Source of the DNA: a virus
Taxonomy: Duplodnaviria; Caudoviricetes
Direction: 5' to 3' (one strand)
Virus record (IMG/VR): IMGVR_UViG_3300035494_000069
Location: 1-35,318 of that record
Length of the DNA stretch: 35,318 bases
Positions 25,410-35,187 of this stretch are shown here, one piece after another. The stretch's first letter is position 1; every line of letters begins with the position of its first letter. The notes under the pieces were generated by a model that worked only from the letters and a program-made list of their open reading frames with translations, did no database searches and was not told where the DNA came from. The translations under genes and the position numbers were made by a program.

Positions 25410-25857
25410 GGGTCAGCAGCTCCCCGTTGCCGTACAGCTGCAGCAGTTCTTCAGGATCGGGCAGGTTCCATTCCGGAACCGGCTCGGCCGGGTGGTCTGT
25501 GGTGTAGTTGCCATCTTCGCCACGAGTGACCAGCACGCGCTCGGTCAGGGGCATGGTCAGGCTCAGGTCGATCTTGTCACGGGCGATGATGTCCGCCTCA
25601 AACTGGATGGCGTCTGACTCCATTTCGGGCTGGCTCACTTTCACCCACGCGAGCAGCGGCACCATGATGTTATCGGCACTGGTGGCAAAGTCGGTGACGA
25701 TCAGGTTCAGGGTGTACTGGTATTCGAAGTGCAGGCTGGTTTGCAGCCGAGCCTGCAGGTTGCCCCGGTCGATAAAGATCTGCAGCTTCTCGGGGTTTTT
25801 CTTCAGGTCGCGCACGCTGGCCAGTAGCCAGTCACGCAGTTCAGCGGGTTTGCGCAC
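25402..25857 (-). CDS. R: Tail completion protein R
   Basis: MRKPAELR...FEYQYTLNLIVTDF...LTERV. Confidence 0.92.
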   Translation of the reverse strand: MRKPAELRDWLLASVRDLKKNPEKLQIFIDRGNLQARLQTSLHFEYQYTLNLIVTDFATSADNIMVPLLAWVKVSQPEMESDAIQFEADIIARDKIDLSLTMPLTERVLVTRGEDGNYTTDHPAEPVPEWNLPDPEELLQLYGNGELLTRG

Positions 25858-26113
25858 GGTCTTTCTCCTGGCATTTCACGAAGGCATCGATCTGGGCGGC
25901 ACACAATGCCCAGTCCTCAATGGCACGGTCGAGGTCGGCGTCCAGGTCACTGTTCCGTGTTGGGCTTGATGCCCTCAGCGTGCAAGGCTTCGCCTCGGGA
26001 CAAGAGCCACTGGTGATAATCACCGGCGCCGGTGAGCGCGGGCCGCTGCTGCAGCCGGCGAGTGATATCAGGCAGAGGATTATCAGCCCACTGGCGGTAC
26101 TGGTCATTTTCAC
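25841..26113 (-). CDS. lysC: o-spanin lipoprotein (LysC/Rz1-like)
   Basis: Lipobox LAGC; overlaps lysB in another frame. Confidence 0.85.
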   Translation of the reverse strand: MKMTSTASGLIILCLISLAGCSSGPRSPAPVIITSGSCPEAKPCTLRASSPTRNSDLDADLDRAIEDWALCAAQIDAFVKCQEKDRAQTR

Positions 26114-26369
26114 GTTTCAGCTCCCGGATTTTGAGTTGCTGGGCATCCAGCTCGGCGGCCATGGCTTGCTGGGTGGATACAAGGCGCAGGCGTGCATGCT
26201 CGCGTTCGGATACATCAGCACGCAGCTGGTCGATGGTGGCCAGCCGATCGGCGGCAGACTGTTCAGCAGTAGCGGCACGCGCGGCCTGATCCTGCACCTG
26301 TTGGTACTGCCAGAGGTTGGCACCCAGCAGGGCGAGGATGACGGCACCAGTGATCAGGAGGCGGGTCAT
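25947..26369 (-). CDS. lysB: i-spanin (LysB/Rz-like)
   Basis: N-terminal TM, coiled coil, [10 protein letters not shown]. Confidence 0.88.
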   Translation of the reverse strand: MTRLLITGAVILALLGANLWQYQQVQDQAARAATAEQSAADRLATIDQLRADVSEREHARLRLVSTQQAMAAELDAQQLKIRELKRENDQYRQWADNPLPDITRRLQQRPALTGAGDYHQWLLSRGEALHAEGIKPNTEQ

Positions 26370-27172
26370 GACGCTTGCTCCTGTTCCTGGTAACGGGCAT
26401 AGGCCTCAGCCAGCCGGGTGTCGTACTGGTTTTTCTTGTAGCCGGGGCCGTTGTAGCGGCGGGCGAACCCTGCCCAATCCTTGGCCTGCAGGGCAGTGAG
26501 CAGATCCGCGTCGGCCTGGATGAAACGCACGAAGGTGCCCAGCTGGTTGGCTTCGGTTGTGCGCTGCAGGGCAACGAAGTCGTCCACGCTGTCGAACCCC
26601 AGCCGCTGCCAGTGGAAACCCATGATCTGGAACAGACCCCAGCTGCAGGACTCCAGCGCGCTCGGCGCGTGGATCTGGCTGGCGTTGTTCAGGCGGAAGT
26701 GCTCGGCGCTGAGGCCTCGGTACCCGCCGGGTGTTTTGTTGATCAGGCCGGGGTAGCGGGATGCAAGAGCAGCAACATCGGACTGATTGAAGCCGTTGGC
26801 GAGCAGGCGGCGGCGCATGATGTGGCGTTCAAACAGGACCACCACGCGGCCATCGGGCAGAAAGCCGGTGCCGCGGCTCTCGACTTCATACACTGCTTGA
26901 ACAGCGGCTGTATCGATATCCAGCATTTTGCTGGCTTCAGCAATATGGTCGCGGTTGATGAAGCGGTGCGTATCCTGGCCGAGCAGTGCCGCCTGGGTTT
27001 TAGGCCCGACAATGCCGTCATCCATCAGCCCCCGAGCGCGTTGGAAGGCGCGCACGGCCGCATCAGTGGCCGGGCCGAAGTCGCCATCCACGACCAGGTC
27101 ATACCCGGCAGCCTTTAGGCGCTGCTGCAGCACCCGCACTTCATAGCCTTGGGTCTTGAGTCTCAGTTCCAC
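26366..27172 (-). CDS. Modular endolysin: PG-binding domain plus DUF3380-type muramidase
   Basis: [16 protein letters not shown]...DGIVGPKT; [28 protein letters not shown]; GTG start at 27172. Confidence 0.92.
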   Translation of the reverse strand: MELRLKTQGYEVRVLQQRLKAAGYDLVVDGDFGPATDAAVRAFQRARGLMDDGIVGPKTQAALLGQDTHRFINRDHIAEASKMLDIDTAAVQAVYEVESRGTGFLPDGRVVVLFERHIMRRRLLANGFNQSDVAALASRYPGLINKTPGGYRGLSAEHFRLNNASQIHAPSALESCSWGLFQIMGFHWQRLGFDSVDDFVALQRTTEANQLGTFVRFIQADADLLTALQAKDWAGFARRYNGPGYKKNQYDTRLAEAYARYQEQEQAS

Positions 27173-27453
27173 TGGTGCCCCCTTGCGAGTCGGATCAGTT
27201 GAGCGATGTTGCCGCGTGCGTACCAGGTGGCGGCGGTCAGCAGGCAGAGCATCAGGATGCCGATCGGATGGATCTGGGTGCTGCTGATTTTGCCGGTGAC
27301 GATGCACAGGGCGACCGAACCGGTCACGACAATCACCAGCCAGGCCAGCAGTGACACATGCCGTTTGAAGCGGGCCGCACCGCGGCGGTAGAACAGCAGC
27401 CGCAGGCAGGTGCCGGCGGCGCTGGCGAATACGATCAGGTCGAGAAGGTTCAT
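27163..27453 (-). CDS. Holin-family membrane protein (DUF754-like)
   Basis: [13 protein letters not shown], three TM segments, ARGNIA. Confidence 0.8.
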   Translation of the reverse strand: MNLLDLIVFASAAGTCLRLLFYRRGAARFKRHVSLLAWLVIVVTGSVALCIVTGKISSTQIHPIGILMLCLLTAATWYARGNIAQLIRLARGHQWN

Positions 27454-27800
27454 TTGCGCAGCCCCCGAATCAGGTTGATCAGGTTCACGTCTTCCATCTG
27501 CCGTACCACCGGCAGGGTGACTGAGATGCACAGCACGCCGCCGAGGAATCCGGCCACGCCGCTTTCCTTGATGAAGGTAAGGTTGATGATCTCGGGCGCG
27601 GCGATGTAACCCATGGTCAGGCTGATCAGCAGGTACATGGCACGCACCCAGTGGCGCAGCTCTTTTGCTGACATGACGAACAGGGTGGCCCCCGCGAACG
27701 CACCGATCAGGGCATTGCCATCAATGCCAGGAAAGATGGCGGCCAGGCCGATGCCGGTGGTGGCAACGGTGATCGCGGTGGTAGTGCTGGGCTCTGCCAT
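27450..27800 (-). CDS. Putative holin
   Basis: MAEPSTT...LIGAFAGA, multiple TM segments, first gene of lysis cassette. Confidence 0.8.
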   Translation of the reverse strand: MAEPSTTTAITVATTGIGLAAIFPGIDGNALIGAFAGATLFVMSAKELRHWVRAMYLLISLTMGYIAAPEIINLTFIKESGVAGFLGGVLCISVTLPVVRQMEDVNLINLIRGLRK

Positions 27801-27810
27801 GGGGCTCTCC

Positions 27811-28023
27811 TTAATCCCAGAGTTGGAGCGTTTTGGTGACCGGCGTGCTGTCTGCCAGGGCGGGCAGTGTGATCAGGTGGCCGTGGGGCAATACGGGGCC
27901 CAGCTCGCACAGGCCGGGGTTGGCGGCATAGACCTGCTCGGTGACGCGGCCGGTGCGGCCGTAGTGTCGCCAGCAGATCAGGTCGACGGTGTCGCCTTGC
28001 TGTGCCCGCACCTGAGTGGCCAT
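27811..28023 (-). CDS. X: Tail protein X
   Basis: AQQGDTVDLICWRHYG...ANPGL...QLWD. Confidence 0.95.
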   Translation of the reverse strand: MATQVRAQQGDTVDLICWRHYGRTGRVTEQVYAANPGLCELGPVLPHGHLITLPALADSTPVTKTLQLWD

Positions 28024-28487
28024 CAGATCAGCTCCACCGTGGTGCGCTGCCGGCCGCTGATCTGGCGGATGGCCAGAATGGCCTGACGGCGGTACTGGTC
28101 GATGGTTGGGTCGAGGTTGTCAGCACGGTCGCCACCCTGCAGGGTGCTGTCGTAGTCGCGGTAGCGCTCGGTCAGCTCGGCCTTGGCGAAGTTGTAGACG
28201 GCGCGGCGGTACAGGGTGAGGTTGATGCTGTCGCCCCCAATCTCGTCAGCGGGTACGTCAGCCAATGTGGTGTGACCGGCCAGCACCTGCTTATCCTTCC
28301 AGGCTGTCAGATCCGCATTCGTGTCGATGATGCCGTTGATCAGCGCTTCGCGCAGACGCTCTGACGTGACCTCGGAGCCGATCCGCATCACCGCGCGGCA
28401 GTCGGTCAGCGAGATGGCAGGCCAGAAGGCGCTGTTGACGATATCGGGCTCTTCGATACTGGGTGAGTTGGCGACGAATCCGGTCAT
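28023..28487 (-). CDS. L: Head completion protein L
   Basis: FWPAI...YRRAV...ERYRDYDST...TTVELI. Confidence 0.93.
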   Translation of the reverse strand: MTGFVANSPSIEEPDIVNSAFWPAISLTDCRAVMRIGSEVTSERLREALINGIIDTNADLTAWKDKQVLAGHTTLADVPADEIGGDSINLTLYRRAVYNFAKAELTERYRDYDSTLQGGDRADNLDPTIDQYRRQAILAIRQISGRQRTTVELI

Positions 28488-28585
28488 GGCTGGTCTCGCT
28501 TTGGTAGGTGGGCGGTGGAGGTGCGCATCAGCCTGGGTAAACCCTGCATCAGCACACCTGCCGCCCGACGCGTTGGGACGCTCGG

Positions 28586-29257
28586 TTAAGCCTGCTCTGA
28601 ATCAGAGCCGGGCTTGTTCTGTTGCAGCTGCTTTTCCAGCTGCTTGATCTTGGTTTTAACGCCGCTGCGGTCGTCGTAGTCGAAGGCGACTTTCAGGTGG
28701 TGCAGCGCTTCAGCCGGGTCGGAGGTTTCCAGCACAATGCCGATCGCTTTGTGCAGCTTCGCTTTCACCTGGTCGGGCATGTCGTGGCTGGCCGTCAACA
28801 CGCCCACCTTGCGCAGTACGTCCTCAGGGACGGCATCGTTGTTGACCAGCACCGCCTCGGCGAACTGCTCGGCCAGTAGGCAGGGCAGCGAGCGGCTGAA
28901 TGAATCGGCCATTGTCAGGTTGTGACGCATGGCGTATTCGGCCAGCGTCAGTGCCCCATCGTATTCACCGGCATCAATGCACCAGAGCATGAGGGTGGTC
29001 AGCACATCGTCTTGAACGCCGGCATCGGACTCCAGCACGCCTTTGATGTACGGCTCATAGTCCGGCAGCATTTCGCGCTTGAGCTCGGCACGAGCCTTCA
29101 TCGACTCGATACCCTTCAGGCGGCGCTTGTCCTCGTACAGTTTGGCCAGCATCAGCTCGTACTGGCTGGCATCTGGGCGTACCTGAGTCTCGGCGGCCTT
29201 GGCTGCCTCTTCGGCAGCCTTGACGCGCATGATGTGGCGTTTGGCGGGTGAGATCAT
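28586..29257 (-). CDS. M: Terminase small subunit M
   Basis: SPAKRH...QDDVL...DMPDQVKAKLHK...GVK. Confidence 0.93.
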   Translation of the reverse strand: MISPAKRHIMRVKAAEEAAKAAETQVRPDASQYELMLAKLYEDKRRLKGIESMKARAELKREMLPDYEPYIKGVLESDAGVQDDVLTTLMLWCIDAGEYDGALTLAEYAMRHNLTMADSFSRSLPCLLAEQFAEAVLVNNDAVPEDVLRKVGVLTASHDMPDQVKAKLHKAIGIVLETSDPAEALHHLKVAFDYDDRSGVKTKIKQLEKQLQQNKPGSDSEQA

Positions 29258-29291
29258 GTCAGTCCTCCCGATCAGTTACTGGATCCGGCCC

Positions 29292-30308
29292 TTAAGGGGC
29301 CGGGTTCACAGTGACGATGTTTTCGATCAGGCAGCCGCGGCCATAGTCTTCAACCACGTAGTCATCGTTGGATGACTGGTAGTCTTCGATACGGTCGCGC
29401 TTCGGATTGTCCATGATGTGCCGGCGGCGCTTGCCCTCCTGGTAGTACAGGGAGAGGTTGTCCAGCGTGGTGATCATGATGGCGTCAGCCGGGAAATAGG
29501 GCACGGCTACTGCCGGCAGTCCACCTACGCGCTTCTGACTGATGACCATATCGGCGGCCAGAGTCTCGGTCGGGGCGTGGTTCTGATTCACGATGGGAAA
29601 GTACTTGTCGTGCAGCAAGTCACGGCCGAGGATCGCCACCAGTGATGGGTCTTCCTGATACCACGGCTCCAGAAGGCTGGCACGGGCATCGTAAACCAGT
29701 GCATCCAGGTGCTCGTAGTCGCCTCCGGTGTAGGCGCTGATCACGCCAGCGCTGGCACCTTCAACCATGACACGAGCAGCAGCATCAGTGCGGTACTTCT
29801 GAAGCCAGCCGATGTTCACGTCCTGCAGCAGCGGGTTGGCGGCGCGGTCAGAGGTAGCAGCGTAGCTGGTACCATTAAAGCCGATCATCATGCGGTCAAG
29901 CGCCTGACGCTTAACGATTGCCATTGCAATGCGCTGCTGAAAATCTTTGAACTTGGCCCACATATCCAGCGTGGCATACCGGATATGGGTATCGAAGTTG
30001 TTCTGACGGCAGTGGTAGCCCTTGTTGTCGGTTTCGTGCGGATCCTGAGTCTCACGATCCTGGGTGGTCGTGTCAGTGTTGCTGGCAATGGTAGTGCTCA
30101 CGCCCACACCGACTTTTTCACCCTGCTGTTCTTCCACCGGGATCATGTTAATGCTCTGCAGGAAGGCGGATGACTCCTGCATGGCGTTTTCCAGCGTTTG
30201 CTGGATAGTCGGTGTGGCTGCGAATTTAACAGTGGCATCGGGGATGCCGTTCAGCTGCGCCTGGCGTTCCAGGTAGGCATTGAAGCGTTCACGGGTATCG
30301 TTGCGCAT
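29292..30308 (-). CDS. N: Major capsid protein N
   Basis: MRNDTR...ALDRMMIGFNG...NPLLQDVNIGWLQKYR. Confidence 0.97.
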   Translation of the reverse strand: MRNDTRERFNAYLERQAQLNGIPDATVKFAATPTIQQTLENAMQESSAFLQSINMIPVEEQQGEKVGVGVSTTIASNTDTTTQDRETQDPHETDNKGYHCRQNNFDTHIRYATLDMWAKFKDFQQRIAMAIVKRQALDRMMIGFNGTSYAATSDRAANPLLQDVNIGWLQKYRTDAAARVMVEGASAGVISAYTGGDYEHLDALVYDARASLLEPWYQEDPSLVAILGRDLLHDKYFPIVNQNHAPTETLAADMVISQKRVGGLPAVAVPYFPADAIMITTLDNLSLYYQEGKRRRHIMDNPKRDRIEDYQSSNDDYVVEDYGRGCLIENIVTVNPAP

Positions 30309-30360
30309 GATCTATCTCCAAATCGTGTGGTGGTGCGGTCCCTGTTCGGTGTTCGCCAAG

Positions 30361-31197
30361 TTAGAACTCAGCTAACAGCTCACCTTTGCCACCATCGGCA
30401 GCTGGGCGCTTTTTAAAATTGGGTGTTTTATCGAGGGCTGTTTCGAGCTCCTCAATCTTGTCCATGGCTGACTGCAGGTCGGCGCTCAATTTTTCGAGCT
30501 GGGTGCTGTGATCGGTGCCAGTACCTTTGCCATTTGCGAGATCGGCGAATTGCTCCTGGAGCTTCGCGACTTCACCTGCTACGGCTTCAATGGCGGCGGT
30601 GTAGTCGGCATCTTTTTCGGTGCGCTGCTCCTCAGCCTTGCTGAACAGCTCTTTCACGCGATCGAGGATGGAAGTGCTGGCTTCAAACTCCAGCTCGACT
30701 TCACGGGCGGCGCTGAACACGTTCTCGGGCTTCTGCTTGCGAGCATTCAGCGGATTCTTTTCAGCCTGAGTCGCTGCAAATTCCAGCATTTCAGTGCCCA
30801 GCGAGGCAGGGGAGTCGGTCACGGCCAGGCCGACCAGGTACGCTTCGCCCTTATCCGCAAAGTTGTGGTCGATTTCCATGCTGGTGTAGACCTTCTTGCG
30901 CTTTTTGTTCAGGGCGATCAGGTCATCGTTCGGGGTGATCTGGGCGTACAGGGCCACCTTGTCTTCGCCGTCAATCTGGATGGTCTCGGTCTTCAGGGCG
31001 GTCACATCACCGAAGGCGCCGAAGCTGCTGTCCGGCGCCATGCCGCGCACATGCTCACAGTTGACGCGGGCACCGTACTTTTCGGGGTTGTAGTTCGCGG
31101 CCATCTGCGTCAGCCACGCGGCTTCGATTTTGCGACCGTCCGTGGTGTCGCCTTCAACACCCACGCGGAACCATTTGCTCTTCAGCTTCTTGGCCAT
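30361..31197 (-). CDS. O: Capsid scaffolding/protease O
   Basis: WFRVGVEGDTTDGR...YLVGLAVTDSPASLGTE. Confidence 0.96.
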   Translation of the reverse strand: MAKKLKSKWFRVGVEGDTTDGRKIEAAWLTQMAANYNPEKYGARVNCEHVRGMAPDSSFGAFGDVTALKTETIQIDGEDKVALYAQITPNDDLIALNKKRKKVYTSMEIDHNFADKGEAYLVGLAVTDSPASLGTEMLEFAATQAEKNPLNARKQKPENVFSAAREVELEFEASTSILDRVKELFSKAEEQRTEKDADYTAAIEAVAGEVAKLQEQFADLANGKGTGTDHSTQLEKLSADLQSAMDKIEELETALDKTPNFKKRPAADGGKGELLAEF

Positions 31198-31245
31198 CCG
31201 TCTGTCCTCTTTTGTCAGCTGCTGCTGTTCGTTTCTGTAGTGGAC

Positions 31246-31344
31246 AGGGTGGGCGTATGCGCGCGGGGACTCAATTCGTGCTGTATGTATAGCCAGCGCT
31301 TACATGAGGGAGAACGGGGAGGGAGGCGGTTAGATCGCTACTCT
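31246..31344. promoter_or_regulatory. Divergent late promoters pO/pP sharing one Ogr-type site
   Basis: TGTAT-N9-TTACA (31286-31304) equidistant from CACCCT (minus, 31246-31251) and TACTCT (plus, 31339-31344). Confidence 0.7.
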
Positions 31345-31350
31345 GGCGGC

Positions 31351-33135
31351 ATGAACACTATGACAGACGCCACTGAATTGGACCCGCGACGCCTTGCCAG
31401 ACTGCTGTACTGGCAGGGGTTTCGCGTTGCCCGCATCGCAGAGCAGCTGGGCGAGAAGGCGGCCACGGTGCACAGCTGGAAGAAGCGCGACGCTTGGGAC
31501 GAAACCAAACCGATCGAGCGGTGCGAGTTCGCCATAGAGGCTAGACTGATCCAGCTCGTAATGAAAGACCCCAAGGAAGGGCGCGACTTCAAGGAAATAG
31601 ACTTGCTTGGTCGCCAGATCGAGCGTATGGCCCGGGTGCGCCGGTACGAACAGCCCGGCGGTCACGAGGGCGACCTGAACCCGAAAGTGACCAACCGCAA
31701 CTCGGGCGAGCGCCGCAAGCCGACCAAGAACGAAGTCACGGATGAGATCGCCGAGCAGCTGCGCGCCGCCTTCTTCGATGAGCTGTTTGGCTACCAGAAG
31801 CACTGGTATCGTGCCGGCGAGCAGCACCGTATCCGCAACATCCTCAAGAGCCGTCAGATCGGGGCCACCTACTACTTCGCCCGCGAAGCGCTGCTCGATG
31901 CCGTCGAGACTGGCCGCAACCAGATCTTCCTGTCGGCATCCAAAGCACAGGCCCACGTCTTCAAGGAGTACATCCAGGCATACGCCCGCGATGTAGCCGA
32001 CTGGGAGCTGACCGGCGATCCGATCGTGCTGTCGAACGGTGCCACGCTGTACTTCCTCGGCACCAATGCCCGCACCGCCCAGAGTTATCACGGCAACCTG
32101 TATTTCGATGAGTACTTCTGGACCTACCGCTTCCAGGAGCTGCGGAAGGTCGCCTCCGGCATGGCGATGCACAAGAAGTGGCGGCAGACCTACTTCAGCA
32201 CGCCATCCAGCCTGAGCCACGACGCATACCCGTACTGGTCCGGCGAGCTGTTCAATAAGCGCCGTAAAAAGGGCGAGCGGGTCGATATCGACACCAGCCA
32301 CGCAGCACTGAAAGACGGCAAATACTGTGACGATGGCCAATGGCGCCACATCGTCACAGTGGAAGATGCGGTTGCCCAGGGCTGTGACCTGTTCGATCTG
32401 GATCAGCTGCGTCTGGAGTACAGCGAGCCGGAATACGAAAACCTGCTGATGTGCCAGTTTGTCGACGACAACAAGAGCCTGTTCGGCCTGATGATGATGC
32501 AGCGCTGCATGGTCGACAGCTGGGAGGAATGGAGCGACTTTAAGCCGTTCGCACCCAAGCCAGTTGGCAACCAGCCGGTGTGGATCGGCTACGACCCCAA
32601 CGGCGAAACCGAAACCGGCGACAACGCAGGCCTGGCCGTGATCCTGCCGCCCAAACCACCGATGGTGAAGTATCGGATCATCGAACGGCGTCAATTCAGA
32701 GGGCTGGACTACGAGGACCAGGCAGAACAGATCCGGCTGATGACGCTGAAGTACAACGTCACCCACATTGGCATCGACACCACGGGCATCGGCTCATCCG
32801 TTTACCAGCTGGTCCGCAAATTCTTCCCGGCAGCAGTGCAGTACCAATACAACCCCGAGGTGAAAGGCCAGCTGGTGATGAAAGCCTATCAGCTGATCAG
32901 CAAAGGGCGGCTGGAATTCGATGCCGGTTGGGTCGATATCGCACAGGCATTCATGGCGATCAGGAAGACCACCACGGCCAGCGGCCGTCATATCACGTTC
33001 ATGGCCGGGCGCAATGGCACCACCGGCCATGCCGACCTTGCCTGGGCTGTGATGCACGCCCTGGCGAAAGCCCCCCTTGAAACCGATGGCCCAACAACGG
33101 GTGTCGGCAGCAGCAGGATGGAGATGTTCGAATGA
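31351..33135 (+). CDS. P: Terminase large (ATPase) subunit P
   Basis: ARLLYWQG, ILKSRQIGAT, YFDEYFW, GHADLAWA; start at ATG 31351 or 31360, not 30508. Confidence 0.96.
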   Translation: MNTMTDATELDPRRLARLLYWQGFRVARIAEQLGEKAATVHSWKKRDAWDETKPIERCEFAIEARLIQLVMKDPKEGRDFKEIDLLGRQIERMARVRRYEQPGGHEGDLNPKVTNRNSGERRKPTKNEVTDEIAEQLRAAFFDELFGYQKHWYRAGEQHRIRNILKSRQIGATYYFAREALLDAVETGRNQIFLSASKAQAHVFKEYIQAYARDVADWELTGDPIVLSNGATLYFLGTNARTAQSYHGNLYFDEYFWTYRFQELRKVASGMAMHKKWRQTYFSTPSSLSHDAYPYWSGELFNKRRKKGERVDIDTSHAALKDGKYCDDGQWRHIVTVEDAVAQGCDLFDLDQLRLEYSEPEYENLLMCQFVDDNKSLFGLMMMQRCMVDSWEEWSDFKPFAPKPVGNQPVWIGYDPNGETETGDNAGLAVILPPKPPMVKYRIIERRQFRGLDYEDQAEQIRLMTLKYNVTHIGIDTTGIGSSVYQLVRKFFPAAVQYQYNPEVKGQLVMKAYQLISKGRLEFDAGWVDIAQAFMAIRKTTTASGRHITFMAGRNGTTGHADLAWAVMHALAKAPLETDGPTTGVGSSRMEMFE

Positions 33136-34151
33136 GCGAGACAGCAGAGAAAAAGCCAGGCATTGAGGCATTCAGCTTCGGCGACCCGACACCGGTACTC
33201 GATAAGCGCGAGATCATGGATTACATCGAATGCCTGCGGATGCAGAAGTGGTACGAGACGCCGCTGTCATTTGATGGGCTGGCCAAGTCATTCAGAGCGG
33301 CAACACACCAGTCGTCCCCGATCTACTTCAAGGCCAATATCCTGACCAGTTCGTTCAAGCCCAACCGGTTGCTCAGCCGTCAGGCCTTCAGGCGCTGGGC
33401 ACTGGATTACATCATCTTCGGCAACGGCTATCTGGAAAACCAAACCAGCATCGGCGGACGTTCGATGAAGTTGGAGCCTGCACTGGCTAAATACACACGG
33501 CGCGGCATCGACCTCGACACTTACTGGTTCGTGCGTGGCTGGGGAGAGGAGCACGAATTCAAAACCGGCAGCGTATTCCACCTGATGGAGCCCGATATCA
33601 ACCAGGAGATCTACGGCCTGCCCGAATACCTGGCTGCACTCAACAGCGCCTGGCTGAACGAGTCGGCGACGCTGTTCCGCCGCAAGTACTACCTGAACGG
33701 AAGTCACGCCGGGTTCATCCTTTACATGACAGACACAGCACAGAACGAAGATGACGTAGACAACCTGCGGCAGGCACTGAAAGACAGCAAGGGCCCCGGC
33801 AATTTCCGCAACCTGTTCATGTACTCACCCAACGGCAAGAAGGATGGTCTGCAGGTGATCCCGATCAGCGAGGTGGCAGCCAAGGATGACATCTTCAACA
33901 TTAAAAACGTCACCCGTGATGACATGCTGGCCGCGCACCGGGTGCCCCCGGTACTGATGGGCATCATGCCCAGCAACGTGGGCGGGTTCGGCGATGTCGA
34001 GAAGGCTGCTCGAGTGTTTGCCCGCAACGAACTGGTTCCACTGCAGAGTCGCTTCCTTGAAGTGAACGAATGGTTGGGTGAGGAGGTGGTGAAGTTCGAC
34101 CCCTACGTGATCGAAGAAGTGGCCGAGAAAGGAGGAATTTCGGCCCGTTAA
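33132..34151 (+). CDS. Q: Portal protein Q (PBSX family)
   Basis: FSFGDPTPV, QEIYGLPEY, FRRKYYLNGSHAGFI, AHRVPP. Confidence 0.96.
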   Translation: MSETAEKKPGIEAFSFGDPTPVLDKREIMDYIECLRMQKWYETPLSFDGLAKSFRAATHQSSPIYFKANILTSSFKPNRLLSRQAFRRWALDYIIFGNGYLENQTSIGGRSMKLEPALAKYTRRGIDLDTYWFVRGWGEEHEFKTGSVFHLMEPDINQEIYGLPEYLAALNSAWLNESATLFRRKYYLNGSHAGFILYMTDTAQNEDDVDNLRQALKDSKGPGNFRNLFMYSPNGKKDGLQVIPISEVAAKDDIFNIKNVTRDDMLAAHRVPPVLMGIMPSNVGGFGDVEKAARVFARNELVPLQSRFLEVNEWLGEEVVKFDPYVIEEVAEKGGISAR

Positions 34152-34202
34152 ACAAAAAGGGCTTCGCAAGAATTATAGCACATAACCCACTGATATAGAT
34201 GG

Positions 34203-34230
34203 AAAAGCCAGCGGAAATGCTGGCTTTTTT
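34203..34230 (+). terminator. Intrinsic terminator after Q, possibly bidirectional
   Basis: AAAAGCCAGC-GGAAAT-GCTGGCTTTT-TT. Confidence 0.85.
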
Positions 34231-34378
34231 GTGCCTGCTCGACAGGGCTACAGCCACTCGGTACAGCCGCCTGGCTGACCAGAACCCGGCTCTGACGCTG
34301 GTCACCCACTCACATCACGACAAGCACCGGCCATCCCATCCCTGGCACCCAGATCAGCGGTCCCCACCCGACAAACGC

Positions 34379-34397
34379 GATCGTCCCCCTCCACGCC
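34379..34397 (-). other. Putative cos (cohesive end) site
   Basis: GGCGTGGAGGGGGACGATC resembles P2/186 cos (GGCG[A/T]GGCGGGGAAAGCA[C/T]) and lies just beyond Q as in P2. Confidence 0.7.
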
Positions 34398-34573
34398 TGC
34401 GGTGCTTCTTGAGCGTGTAATTATGCGATGCATGACAGGGCGGCAGGACAGGCCCGCCGTGGGCTTTCCGGAGGTTAGGGCAGGTGGTTGAATCATGCGG
34501 ATTTATGCGGACTCAGAGGGGGTTACAGCGCGTTTAGACGGCAGTGGCTTAGGCATTGTTTCAGCTTTGATGC

Positions 34574-34861
34574 CGGAGAAAGGTAACAAAAGTGATCAAG
34601 CTGAAAATCTGTTCTAACTGATTGTTATGCATGGGGTTATTTGTAACCTTCAAAAGGTGATGAAAGGTGACATAAAAGGTAACGCTTTCATAAGCTGCTG
34701 ATATTAATAGATTTTATTTTTCATCTATATCACCTATATAAAAGGTAACACGTCACTTTTTCATCACCGTTTCATCACCTTTTTTCGAACCAGAAAACAG
34801 CAATGCATTCAGCAGGTTGCAAGCGAATTAGCAACCTCGTCACCTTTGTTACCTTTTTCCG
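34574..34861. repeat. Iteron array with dyad symmetry; putative replication origin
   Basis: About 13 exact or degenerate AAAGGT(G/A)A(C/T) copies in both orientations around an AT-rich core; IHF consensus at 34691-34703. Confidence 0.65.
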
Positions 34862-34959
34862 TAGCGATCCTGAAAAATTCAGCCAACGCGCGCGCATGTA
34901 AGGCGCGTAGGAAGCTGGGCTTTAAGGTTCATTCTCGCGTCTGAAGATCTTGTCGGTCG

Positions 34960-34990
34960 TGGAGATATACAGTGCTTTAGGGGGAGATAA
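34960..34990 (+). repeat. Probable integrase arm-type sites at attR
   Basis: TGGAGATATACAGT identical to 240-253; degenerate GGGAGATAA at 34982. Confidence 0.7.
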
Positions 34991-35089
34991 CTGTTTGATT
35001 CACAATGGGCCATTCATGCCGTCGGCGAATGTGTGCTATAGATGATTAAGGCTTATAAATCATTATGTTACTGGGGTAATTCCAGCTTT

Positions 35090-35134
35090 TTGACATGGTG
35101 GGGGTCGGCGGTTCGAGTCCGCCTAGTCCTACCA
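35090..35134 (+). repeat. attR: displaced original 3' half of host tRNA-Val
   Basis: TTGACATGGTGGGGGTCGGCGGTTCGAGTCCGCCTAGTCCTACCA, with no 5' half upstream. Confidence 0.93.
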
Positions 35135-35148
35135 AATTTGTAAAGCAG

Positions 35149-35187
35149 AAACAGCGAGTTAGCGAAAGCAGCTCGCTGTTTTTGTTT
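35149..35187 (+). terminator. Original host tRNA terminator
   Basis: AAACAGCGAG...CTCGCTGTTT stem followed by T-rich tract. Confidence 0.75.

Larger units (their letters stand above)
117..35134. mobile_element. P2-like (phiCTX-type) prophage, apparently complete
   Basis: Bounded by a 45-bp direct repeat of the tRNA 3' half; int/xis at the left end; full P2-type head, tail and lysis gene set. Confidence 0.95.

Noticed and set aside
30508-31350. N-terminal extension making terminase P 875 aa
   Set aside because: Overlaps gene O antisense and the pO/pP promoters; P similarity starts at about 31351
34574-34861. Repeat cluster as CRISPR array or MITE
   Set aside because: Repeats are 9 bp, in both orientations, without unique spacers; no target-site duplication seen; internal iterons favour a protein-binding array
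35090-35134. Second tRNA gene
   Set aside because: Only the 3' half is present; no acceptor 5' strand or D-arm upstream
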